A stretch of 64,000 nt of DNA from Octopus sinensis (lineage: Eukaryota), in the NCBI RefSeq assembly GCF_006345805.1, contig NC_043016.1:16802001-16866000 (forward strand). The letters run 5' to 3'. Shown piece after piece: positions 10,400-21,719 of the stretch (position 1 is the stretch's first letter; each line of letters starts with the position of its first letter). The translations under genes were made by a program, and so were the position numbers. Under the pieces are notes generated by a model. It was not told the origin of the DNA and did no database searches. It saw only the letters and a program-made list of their open reading frames with translations.

Positions 10400-11964
10400 T
10401 ATGAGTGTATTTTTCCTCGTTAACAATTAACACGGAAAAAATAGATAAATAGTTTCCAGGGTAGCATAAATCACACTTGTTTTTAAAGGTAGAAACTTCG
10501 GGTATACGTGAATTTTTTTGTATAATATACAAATAAATAAATGGAGTTTAACGCAGGTATAATTGAAATACTTTTACTTCCGACACATGTTTAAATTTTT
10601 CCGTAGAATGGGCTTAGGCATCGTTTTTGATAATGATATGACGAAGGCTAACTTTTTAGATATAACGCTGAATTTTATAACTCTACCTTACTTAAAGCAG
10701 GTTATACAGAGAAAATTTTCTACATTGATTCTATTCAGTCTTATTCTAACTTCAATAATGTAGATATGAAATCTAGTTGTAAAGGAATTATCGATAACAA
10801 GCATAACTTATGCACCGATACAAAGCGGAGGAAGGGAGATGACCCTTATTTAATCCCCTATTATCATTCTAAAAGTAAATGTAAGACTTTCAAAAATAAT
10901 TACACTAAAAATAAGATAAATAGTAGTAAAACTATTCGGTTCATTATTCCATACGGGAGACAAATTAAATCTAATATCCCATTGCAATTTGTCAACCTAT
11001 TGTTAGGAATTTTCCTAAGAATTCAAAGTATTTCTCTATTGTCAATTCACATACGGTTAGGATTGATTTTTCCAACACAAAAATAATCTCTTACAAATTA
11101 TCTCTTCACATAATAACAACCTGTTAAATATAAATACATTTACTAATACTAACCTTAATTTAGCTAATACCATCCATCCCTCCAGAAATGTTAATAACAA
11201 GGTTATTGTATCTGAAGTCAATTCCAACAGAATTAAATTTATGTCAAGTAACTCTAAAATAAAAAATTCTATATACCAGTGTATAATCAGTACTCGTAAT
11301 AAAGTACGATTTTACATTGGAAGCACATCGTTAGAGTTATCTAAAAGAATTTCTATCCATTACTCAACATTTAGAGATAGAAATAAACGTAATAGTACCG
11401 GTCTCAGCAAACTGATTTGGGATTTAAAAGACCACAATGAACAATTTCATTTAGAATGGTTGATTCTTTCAATCTCGATACCTTATGACAAAGGCAAGGA
11501 ATTCTATCTTCTCTGTAATTCTGAACTATTTTTCATTATTTTCTCTAAAAATCCCCTAGTAAACATGGTTATAGAGCATGCATACCGATGTAAACATTGG
11601 GAAAAACACACATTTAGTTCATATAAGTAATCTCTATCATTATAGACAATTTAAACATTTTCTTTTTATATTTAACATTCACTAAAAAAATATACCTCCT
11701 CTTTCTATAGGCTACTTCTGACATTTTATCATATAACGTTTTTCAAACAATATCAATAGCGTTCAGTTAATCACTATACATATATATCCACCATTTTCTG
11801 TTAAAATGTCTTATTGACGAGTTTCATTTCTTCACTTCCCTGAAGAGAAGATTATATTGCTTTACACCTTTTATTCTTTTGAATAATTTCAGTGATATCT
11901 TCGAAGCATGTGTCGGAAGTAAAAGTATTTGAATTATACCTGCGTTAAATTCCATTTATTTATT

Positions 11965-11970
<6 letters not shown>
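10400..11970 (+). mobile_element. Penelope-like element, 5'-truncated, with inverted pLTR piece at its 5' end
   Basis: RT C-terminal remnants (ANFLDITLN, IRFIIPYG) and GIY-YIG ORF 11241-11630 (IYQC..FYIGST..NSTGLSKLIWDLKD). 10530-10593 is the reverse complement of 11905-11968. Confidence 0.85.
11834..11920 (+). ncRNA. Type I hammerhead motif in PLE 3' pLTR (one core substitution)
   Basis: ACTTCC-CTGAAGA-GAAGAT..ATCTTC-GAAG-CATGT-GTC^GGAAGT. Stems I and II are both 6 bp; GAAA has become GAAG, while the inverted copy at 10575-10593 retains AAAC. Confidence 0.65.
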
Positions 11971-12024
<54 letters not shown>

Positions 12025-12026
<2 letters not shown>

Positions 12027-12469
12027 GCGGCAGCTTTAGTCTTATATTTATAGACTGCCATATTAGTATGTCGATAACTATTAATATCCAGTAACGCTGC
12101 CGTAATCTCCTTTAGAGAGACTTAGTAATTTCAATATTTCTATTATTGAAAACAAGTGGATGTATTCCACTGTAACTAGGTAAATAAAATCTTCGAACAG
12201 ACTGGTTCTGACTACGCTGCATTGATAAAGGGCAACAACCCAAAAACATGTCTGAAGATGTCTGACTAGCAAGGTGAAGCGGCTGACCTCCCCTGTTCGA
12301 AGGTCGTAATGGACGCAGGTTCGTGTGTCATATAGCTAGCTAGAGGCGATGGCCTCTTGGAGCTAATCAGCGACAGCTTTAGTCTTTATTTATAGACTGC
12401 CATATTAGTATGGCGATAACTATTAATATCCAGTACGCTGCCGTAATCTCCTTTAGAGAGACTTAGTAA

Positions 12470-12475
<6 letters not shown>
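12025..12475. repeat. Two ~105-bp direct repeats flanking a ~245-bp spacer
   Basis: CAGCTTTAGTCTT..GAGAGACTTAGTAATTT occurs at about 12028-12130 and 12375-12475. Confidence 0.8.
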
Positions 12476-12512
<37 letters not shown>

Positions 12513-12513
12513 T

Positions 12514-12555
<42 letters not shown>

Positions 12556-12684
12556 CATACATAAATATACATTGTATGTATGTATTCTTTTATTTGTTTC
12601 AGTTATTTGACTGCGGCCATGCTGGAGCATCGCCTTCAGTCGAGCAAATCAACCACAGGACTTATTCTTAATAAGCCTAGAATT

Positions 12685-13130
12685 TATTCTATCGGTCCGT
12701 ATGACATCACGACAGTATTCAAGAGTAATAAAGCACTTCGCAAATATCTCCTTCGGGTAAAACCACCAATAGAAGAGAATATAACCAAAGACTGCGTGTA
12801 CTCCATCCCATACAGCTGTGGTAGGTTATACAAAGGCGAAACATGCCGCCCCCTCAAAATAAGGGTAGAGGAACATCACAAAGAGGAACATGAGGAGATA
12901 TTGATAAATCGGGTATAGCTGATCATGTATGCAAAAATGGAGACCACCTCACCCAGTGGGATGAAGTTAAAATAATCGACAGAGAACATCACTGGAAAAA
13001 GAGGCAGCACATATGCTAGGACACAATAACGTCCTAAGCAGACCGAGTACGGATATGAGCAGCATATGGGAACCGGTATTAAGGAAGGATAGGAAAATAT
13101 TAGATTTATAAACCCTAAAATTCACTCCAT
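12685..13130 (+). mobile_element. Penelope/Poseidon-type GIY-YIG fragment
   Basis: TVFKSNKALRKYL..CVYSIPYSCGRLYKGETCRPLKIRVEEH, continuing out of frame as WDEVKIIDREHHW. Confidence 0.8.
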
Positions 13131-13880
13131 AAATATCCACAGGTATAGTGGTTAAGAGCGCGGGCTACTAACCCCGAGTTCGATTCCAGGCAGTGACCTG
13201 AGCTATATATACATATGGAATTTGCTGTTGGCGGATTGGGTGTTCCGTCGGAGAACCTCAGATTTAACGGATGCATAAGTCGCGTCCGGACGTGGGTCAA
13301 TGGAACGTGCAAGAGGGGCAGGCATCCCACAGTACAAAAGACTTAGTTGCTGTTGGAGAATTTTGTTGTTATTTAGCCTCAAATCAACCCTGATACAGCA
13401 AATCTATGTTGCTATAAAAATATCTCTGGTTATTGAAGAAGGGTTTTGTTAGGGGAGTGGACCCGGAAGTTGTTCGCAAACATCAGCAGTAATTTTCTTC
13501 AGTTGAATACACGTCATTAATTGGTTAAAATTACCCAAATACGACAATTTAAACACGAAATAACTTCTAAAATATAAAATTTTGTCAAAAACGTTAAGAG
13601 TAAACCCTGTTCTATGTATCACGTTCTACCAGTATCCGAAGTTTCAAAGTGTTTAGTTAAAAAAAAAAACAATTAAAAATTAAAAATCTGTCGGTCAGAT
13701 TGAAAAGATCCCAAATATCTCCTTAGTATATAATGGTGGCAAGTTTTACATCACCTGAAAAGTCATTAGTTGAACTATCTCTTGACAGACATTTCAACAG
13801 ACGCCCATAAATTAAATGCAACGTGGCCTGTCGACCTGTGCCTGATGGCCACAATCGTGGTCCGTCGCGTTTTCTGTTAA

Positions 13881-14397
13881 CACCCAGACACCAAAAAGAA
13901 AAGAACGAGCGCAATAGGTGTAAACAAATGTGTATTAAACGAATATGAAAACAAAAATTTACGCCAACGAACCGGGGGGGGGGGGCAGGAGGGAACTTTC
14001 GGAAAATTCACAACATCCGATTTTTTTCCTCGTAACTTTTAGGAAAATGGATATCTTTTAATGAAATTTTATATAAATACCTTTCAAACAGTATATATTA
14101 TGAATTTCTTTCTTTTCCAAAGTCCTCTCCCCACCCCCTCGGAAAAGAATTTCCCCTCAAATTACTTTATAATCGTAATCGTTGCCGTTTGAAAAGTATT
14201 TATATAAAATTTCGTTAAAAGATATCCATTTTTCTAAAAGTTATGAGGGGGAAAAATCGGATCGTGTGAATTTTCCGAAAGTCCACCCCGGTTCGTTGGC
14301 GCAAATTTTTGCTTTCATATTAGTTTAATACCCATTTTTTAACACCTATTACTCTTCTTTCTTTCTTTTTTTTTTACTTTGTTTTGGTGGCCGGGTG
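13881..14397. mobile_element. Fold-back MITE, TTAA-type (piggyBac-like) ends
   Basis: Almost entirely palindromic (…ACGCCAACGAACCGGGG / CCCCGGTTCGTTGGCGC…), flanked by TTAA and TTGA, with CACCC..GGGTG termini. A related degenerate copy lies within 18880-19720. Confidence 0.7.
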
Positions 14398-16451
14398 TTG
14401 AAGTAGTAATTATCTTTTTTTTTTTGGTGGTGGTGGTGGTAGGGAGATTTCTACTGAGAAGATCAAAGGACCTGTTAACGTTGTCGCCATCTTAGAGAGA
14501 AGGCAAAGGCTAAAATGCGGATCAAGTCAAACGAATGACGAAAATTAAGGCAAGTCTTAATAAAGTTTTGCTTTTCAACAGCAATAGTAATAAAAAATAT
14601 TCTACACATCTGTAGTTACACCTGTTCATAAATATGGGCACGTATTTTGCAGACGTCGGAGTCAGTAAGTTTCAAATTGGAATATTTCCGTTCTATCGGG
14701 GATTTTTCTGATTTTACTTTTTTTCACGGTGCCCTTGGAAGTGCTGTGGACTATCTTTTTAGCAAAACAATTTGCGAAAATGATTTTTTATTTCACCCTA
14801 CCCCGACTTTTGGAATTTCTCCGTTTTGACGGGAATATTTTCACGCTCCTTCCATTCCCGGCCGATTTTGTTGGCACTCGCTCGATGATTCCCCCATCCC
14901 ACCTCTGTGGACAGATTTTGCGGCCACTACTCTTAAAAATGATGGGAGAGAAACCTTTTCGTTAAAAACAATTTTCACTCCTATCTTTATCAATTCCTTA
15001 ATGATACATAGCATTTTTTCTTGTTAAACCTTTTTCCATTACTCAAATGGGTTTGTGGGGAGAAAGATATTCTTTTCGTCGAGTTGTAAACATTAACCTT
15101 CTTTTCTTGCACAAGGCCCGAAATTTTGGGGGAGAGGGCACCCAGTACGCAACTAGTACTTAATTTATTGACCCCGAAAGGATGAAAGGCAAAGTTTACA
15201 TGGCGGAGACGTAAACGGACCCCAATGAGGGTAGCCTGCTTGAAGGCCAAGACCGTAGAATCGGGTGGGATCTTTATTTATTTATTTTTTGCAAAATTGA
15301 AATTTTACAAACAGTTTTCTTTTTTCAGAACCCTAATTAGCCATGTGCGCCCCTAAAACTAATCCTAACCCTAGGGAGTGTGCATAGTAAAAAAATCTGA
15401 TTAGAAGCAATCAAGAATGTGCAAACGATATTGTCGGTCTCCTCGTATCATTTATAATACCTTATCGGAAAAAGTAAATTACCGCTCTTCATATCGAGTG
15501 TCCGTTTTCCGTGTTTTATTTTTAAGTATAAAATATTTTAAAATGGAAGAATCTTTCTAATTTTTTTGCATACATCATTTATTTTGTATATATTTTCCAT
15601 TTTCACAACTTTTTGTTTTTAATTGCATTTCATTTTATTGGAGAGGTGCGTTTCTAAAGGAGCTCCAAAAACTAACTTGCGATTTTCTTTCTCTTACTAT
15701 TGCCGTTGAAAAGCCAAAAATTATTGAAATTTAACTTTTCCGGCATTCAATCGTTTTGAGCACGTGTTGTCAACTAAACACATGAAATATTATCAGTAAT
15801 AATAGGGCTTTTTCGACGTCGATTTCGTTTTCTTCTTAGGATACACAAATGAAGCAGGTAAGAACGAATCCTAGCCGCATGCACATACATGCACAAAAAT
15901 GCATATATAACTTGCACTTTATAAATATGCAAGACATCTCTTAAGTTTAAAATGCGACCTACATTCCACATACAGAAAAGAGAAGTACGTCACACACGGA
16001 AACTATCGAAAGAATCTTGACAAGCCTGAAACGCCAAACGATTGAATGTCGCGGGGAAATCTAACTTCCGGTTTCAATATTAAATTCTAAGCGTTTCTGA
16101 TTTTTACTCCGAAGTGAATAGTGTTTCATTTGCAGGAAACTGAACATTTTTTAGTGACATATCTTTTAATTCGTACTCCAAAGTGAACTAAAAAAAAACT
16201 TGCTGAAAGATTTTTTTAGTTCAATATGGATATTCCTAGGCTATCACTTACTTCTAGATTAAGCCCAGAAAACATCATAGATTCGTGAAGTATATTTGCC
16301 ACCTAAATGTGGCTAACCCTTATGGGTTGATGCCACTGTAGCTTGTAGCCCCAAGAAGACATCTCCTCCAGCTGGCTATTGACACACTTATTGTGCCCTA
16401 TCAGTATTTGCAAAGGGAAGTCATCGTTTCCATCTCCAGCCTGACATGATA

Positions 16452-16496
16452 CACACAGACCCGAGTTTCTGAATATTGACCCGTCATCAGCGTATG
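16452..16496 (-). ncRNA. Type I hammerhead motif, intact core
   Basis: CATACG-CTGATGA-CGGGT-CAAT-ATTCA-GAAA-CTCGG-GTC^TGTGTG. Stem I is 6 bp including G.U pairs; stem II is weak. Confidence 0.62.
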
Positions 16497-16866
16497 ACAA
16501 CCACTGGTTGGCGATGTGAAGTGGTTCCCAATGCAAATATATATATATATATCCTTTTTCCAGTGACGAAAAGTCACTGATCTCGAAAAAGTGGAAACAA
16601 GCAATAATAAATCTCTGAACGAAGTATAAACAGTAGCTGCATGACAATGTGAAGTATATTCGCCACTTAAATGTGGCTAACCACTAAGGGTGGATGTTAC
16701 TGTAGCTTGTAGCCCCAGGTGAACATCTTCTCTAGCTGGCTATTGACACGAGATATAAACTGTAGCTGCACGACGAGATTTATTATTGCTTGTTTCCACT
16801 TTTTCGAGATCAGTGACTTTTCGTCACTGGAAAAAGTATATATATATATATATTTGCATTGAGAAC

Positions 16867-16907
16867 TACGCTGATGATGGGTCAATATTCAGAAACTCGG
16901 GTCCGTG
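16867..16907 (+). ncRNA. Type I hammerhead motif, intact core
   Basis: TACG-CTGATGA-TGGGT-CAAT-ATTCA-GAAA-CTCGG-GTC^CGTG. Stem I is 4 bp; stem II is 5 bp with two G.U pairs. Confidence 0.65.
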
Positions 16908-17099
16908 TGTATTACGGCAGGGTGGAGATAGGAAAGACGACTTCCCTTTGCAAATACTGATAGGGCACAGTAAGTGTGCCAATGACCAGCTGGAGGAGAT
17001 GTCTTCCTGGGACTACAAGCTCCAGTAGCATCAACCCTTAGTGGTTAGCCACATTTAAGTGGCAAATATACTTCACGATGTCGTGCAGCTACTGTGTAT

Positions 17100-17880
17100 A
17101 CCTCACTCAGAGATTTATTATTACATTGTAGATTATTTGAAAGAGGAAGGATTACTTTATAAACAGAAAAGATGTACCCGTAATACATTTATGAATTTCA
17201 TAAAATCACCGAGGAGTAATGACAGATATTCATGGAAATGTCCATCTTGTCGAAAAAAGAAATCAATCAGGAGTAACACGTTTATGGAAAGATCAAAATT
17301 ATCGCCTAACAATTATTTTTCATATCGTTTATCACTTTGCCAGTGGAACCCCAGTCACTGCATGTATGAGTCGAGTTGGTGTATCACGTGTGACAGCTAT
17401 TCAATGGTACGCATATTGTAGAGAAATTTGTAGCAGCAAGTTACTCAAAGACAGAACAAAATTAGGAGGTGATGGTCACGCGGTACAGATTGAGGAATCA
17501 CCGAGTTTAATAGAAAGTTTAATCTAGGTAAGATTAAAGAGAAAATTTGGATTGTTGGTTTCTTTTGTTTCAGTATGCACCGGACAAAAGTGCTGAAACC
17601 TTAGAAACAATTATACAAGAAAATGTTTTACCTGGCAGTACACTGTATACTGATAAATGGGATAGCTATAAGAATCTTTCATCTTTAGGTTATAACAGCC
17701 AACCAGAGTCGTGTTAAACAAAAAATTTAAAACATTTATGGTTCAGGAGAACTGAGATGGGACCACATAGATGAAGGCATTTTCAGGGAATATTATAAGT
17801 TCAATGCATCAACATTTATACAAAACTCCCAAACTTCCCTGAAGCACATTGCAGGAATTTATCTGCAGGTATGTAATGTT
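17100..17880 (+). mobile_element. Merlin/IS1016-like (ISXO2-type) transposase relic
   Basis: Frameshifted motifs WKCPSCRKKKSIRSNTFMERSKL, WYAYCREIC..KLGGDGHAVQIEES, DKSAETLETIIQENVLPGSTLYTDKWDSYKNL and HLQEFICRY. Confidence 0.82.
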
Positions 17881-18299
17881 ATATACATTCACATTATATC
17901 GTTTCATACTATAATATGGGCGGAGGTGAAGATCATGGACCGTGCCCGCTTTGGGATTTGTTTTTTACGGGAACACACTATATCGGGCGATCTTTCGTTT
18001 TGACTCGGAAAATGAGTTTCCGTGACCACTTGTCTTGTCAACTGTCAGTTGACATATCGAAATGGGAAGAGAAAGCCAATGGATCGTGCGTGTTTGTTCC
18101 TCTGTGTGTTATATTTACATTCCACAACCCATAAAAATAGAACAAGCACTTACACACACACACACACACACAAACAACAAGCACACACACCCACACAACT
18201 CATTACCTTTCAATACGTCAACTGACGGTTGGTCACGGAAACTAACGAATTCAGTGTTTACCTCTTTCGAGTCAAAACGAAAGAATGTCCTATGTCGAT

Positions 18300-19800
18300 G
18301 GCGGAGATTCCGAATCTACAAAAAAAAAAAAAAGCATTTCAAAATTTTAATCCCCCACTCCCATTTCTTAAATTAAAAAAAAAATTCTTTTGGCAAAAAA
18401 CGTAGAAAAATACGGAGATTATGATTCTGAAAAAATAATTTGTAAAGTTTCAATTTTTCAAAGAACCCCCCCCCCCACTTCTTCCTTATGACATGAAGTG
18501 AAATTAAAGTATTTTCTCTGATGTTTCCTGACGAACATAACAACCGAACATGTGGTCAGGGTCTTTTGGAATTAAAAGAGGTACGAAAAAATTAAATTTT
18601 TTGCACACACACAACAAAATGACATTAATTTTTTTTTTTTCCTTTTTTTGGAAATTCGTATTTAGAAATTTGATACTCGGTTTGGCTGTTGTTTCTAGCT
18701 TGTCAGATTTCCGGTTGGGGCGTACTTAGAAATCGAAAGTTTTTGAAATCCCCAAAATACGTTTTCATTCTCTGGCAAAGAAAAAAAGGGGTTGGGTGGG
18801 TGAAATTTCACTTTCTGTCAAAGGATGCAGGGGAGGTACTTCTTTTTCTTTTTTTGAAAAATTGATACATTACCATTATGAAGTAATTTATGGGAAAGTT
18901 TTGGTGGGGGAGAGGACTTTCGGAAAATTCCCAAGATCCGAATTTTTCCTCGTTATATTCCGAAATCACATCCAACTTTCTACAGATACCCTAACGTAAT
19001 ACTTCTACTCTACGTAGTGTTTATTTCTACCCACTTTCAATAATTTTTAATGTTTTGGCTTCAATTTTGTTTCATTTTATCTTCCAATTATTTTTTTACC
19101 CTTCTGTCGTTATTCTCATTCACTCGTTATTACTTTCTCTGTATATATATATATATATATATTGTAAATATACATACATCTATATACAGACACGTTATAT
19201 TTTTACAAACGCACTTCTCTGAAGTTACAAAAATTAGTGGAAACGATATCTTGACAAAAAACCATGTTCGTTTTTGTGGGAAATAAGTCAAAGAGTATTA
19301 AAACAAAATATCTTTTGCTAAAATTACTATATATATATAGATCCCAGGATATATATAAAATTTCATTGGAAAAAACACATTTTCCTAAAAGTTACAAGGG
19401 AAAAACTCGGATCTTGTGAATTTTCCGAGTTACTCACCCCACCCCCTTGGAAAAGATTTTACCCACAAATTTCTTCATAATCATAATGTATGCCGTTTGA
19501 AAGATATTTATATAAAATTCCGTTGAAAAAAACCCTATTTTCCTAAAAGTTATGATGGAAAAACTTGGATCTTGTGAATTTTCCGAGGTTCCCTCCTCCA
19601 CCCTCCTGTTGCTTTGCGCGCAGTTTTTTTTTCCCTATAGATTTTTAACACCCGTTGCACTATTTTATTTCTGATTTTCGTTTCTGGGTCAAGTTGTAAA
19701 CATTAACCAATTTTTTTCTTCAAAAGTGAAAATTTAAGAAATTGGGGAGGTGAATTTAAATTTTCAAAGGCAGATTTTTTGCCGATTCAGATTCTCCGCC
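18300..19800. mobile_element. Composite MITE block bounded by GGCGGAGA..TCTCCGCC inverted ends
   Basis: GGCGGAGATTCCGAATC at 18300 matches GATTCAGATTCTCCGCC ending at 19800. Internal motifs are shared with the 6414-6962 and 13881-14397 MITEs. No TSD is evident. Confidence 0.5.
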
Positions 19801-21719
19801 CTCCATATAGGACGTTCCTGTCGAAAAAAAAACAACAACAACAAAAAATAAAACGAATTGGGATGCGGTCCTTGATCTCCGCCGAATTTAATGTCTGTGA
19901 TTACCATGAGTTGTCATTCACGCTGTAAATTCCTCTAATACGTAATCCTGTTTTTCTTCACAAGCTGATAATATTATATTAGCAATAATATAACAATAGA
20001 GAATATGGAAACCGATACATCCTCAATTTATTTCATTTTGCATTACAATATCATCAAATTTATTTTAAGGTCACGATGGCCTATATAAAAATATACTAGA
20101 TGAATCATACAGTATCTTTTTATATAGGTCGTCGTGACCTTGAAAATAAACTGTAAAAGAAAATGAAATAAATTGAGGATGTACCAGTTTCCATATTCTC
20201 TCTCATCGTCATTTAACGTCCATGCTGGCATGAGTTGTACAATTTGATCAGGGCTGGCAAGGCTGGAAGTCTGCCCCAAGTTTGATTTGGCATGGTTTCT
20301 ACAGCTGGATGCCAACCACTCAGAGTGTAATGGGGTGGTTTTACGTGCCACTGGCACCGGGGCCATTTTTACGACATCAGCATCTTTCATGAGTGCAGTT
20401 TTACTTCTCAAACATGGTATGATGCCAAATGGACGCAATCATTGCATGTGTGTGTGTGTGTATATGTGCATAAAAACTTGTGTGTGCTTATATAATTGTA
20501 CACATATCTTTACCAATTGAAGAATATCATAAAAGAATACACCAGCAGATATACATTGTCTTAACTTCATACACAGCAAAAACATACAAACAAACATGTA
20601 GTGGATCTCTTCATGGCATTTCTCCTCACCTGCAAATGCTTCCATGTCAATCATGCACATATATAAAATAGATGTCACTTATACAACACCTGGCTGCAGC
20701 TCTAAAACATACCAGCCCTGTCTATGGTAAATAATAAAAGGAATAGTTGAGTAAACATGTTAGTTGATTCATTTTATACAAAGTTGCAGTTCTTCTGGAA
20801 AATATTCCTCAAAAACATAATGCCAATAATTCCTCACTGCTAGTTTGTGTAACTTATTTTCAATATTAATTGTTCATTCATGCTTCTTCTTATTTTTCTC
20901 CTTTTTATTCTTCATGCGTAGGGAAAACAGTCGAAGACAGTTGGGATTATTCAGTTTAGAAATATTTTATATCTTATAATAGCCTTCTCGTTATCTTTCC
21001 AGGGTGAAATTCTGCTGCTAGTGAAGAAGATCAAGCAGCAGTAGGACAGACAAGATGAAGAACCTTGCAATTTGAAACTCTATCGATATTTTCTGGCTGC
21101 CAGTTTCGCTATTAACTATTTTGAATAAACAAATAAAATCTGCTTCCTTACTACAGTCTGGTTTTCACTTTAAATACTGTAATATTGCACTTTATGATCA
21201 AATACTGCATTTGGTAGGGTTGTACTTAAATTTAAAGGCAATGCTCAGGGTCATGTGCTGGAATTGAACTGTAATCTTAGATGTTGCCTGGTTTGTTTGC
21301 ATGTGTGTATTCTTCCTTTATTTGTTAGTGATTGCACTATATTTGTGGAGTGGTTGTGCTGTTATTTCTAGCATTTCAAGTGTTTCCAGATATGTTCTAC
21401 TCTCATAGCAGCAAAGAGAAAGAGAGCCAGAAAAACAATCTATAAATATTCTATAGAAACAGTTAGAGACAGTAAAGCCTACAACTCAAGGGAAAGAAGC
21501 TTACGTTTCTTAATCTAAAGTTTCATTTTTGGAATTCATAAAGATTAATAAATATCCCCAAAAAACAGAAATGACTTGTACATAACAGCTACAGCTGTTA
21601 GAAATAACAGCCAAATGCCCCTGCAATTAGATAGGTATTACATGTTGTGCAACTCCCTCTGTCTTTCTGCCTGCTAACCACGTTAGAAAATCTAGATATA
21701 TATACACACATACACACAT

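Larger units (their letters stand above)
16283..17078. repeat. Inverted duplication (arms 16283-16615 and 16775-17078), each arm carrying a hammerhead; probable inverted PLE pLTR pair
   Basis: The arms are reverse complements with scattered substitutions and one indel. The spacer holds further partial copies of the arm start. Confidence 0.85.

Noticed and set aside
20990-21060. Possible plus-strand exon (TCTTTCCAG|GGTGAAATTCTG…) and a possible 9-nt minus-strand micro-exon near 20715-20725
   Set aside because: Only splice-like motifs; no recognisable protein and no partner exons.
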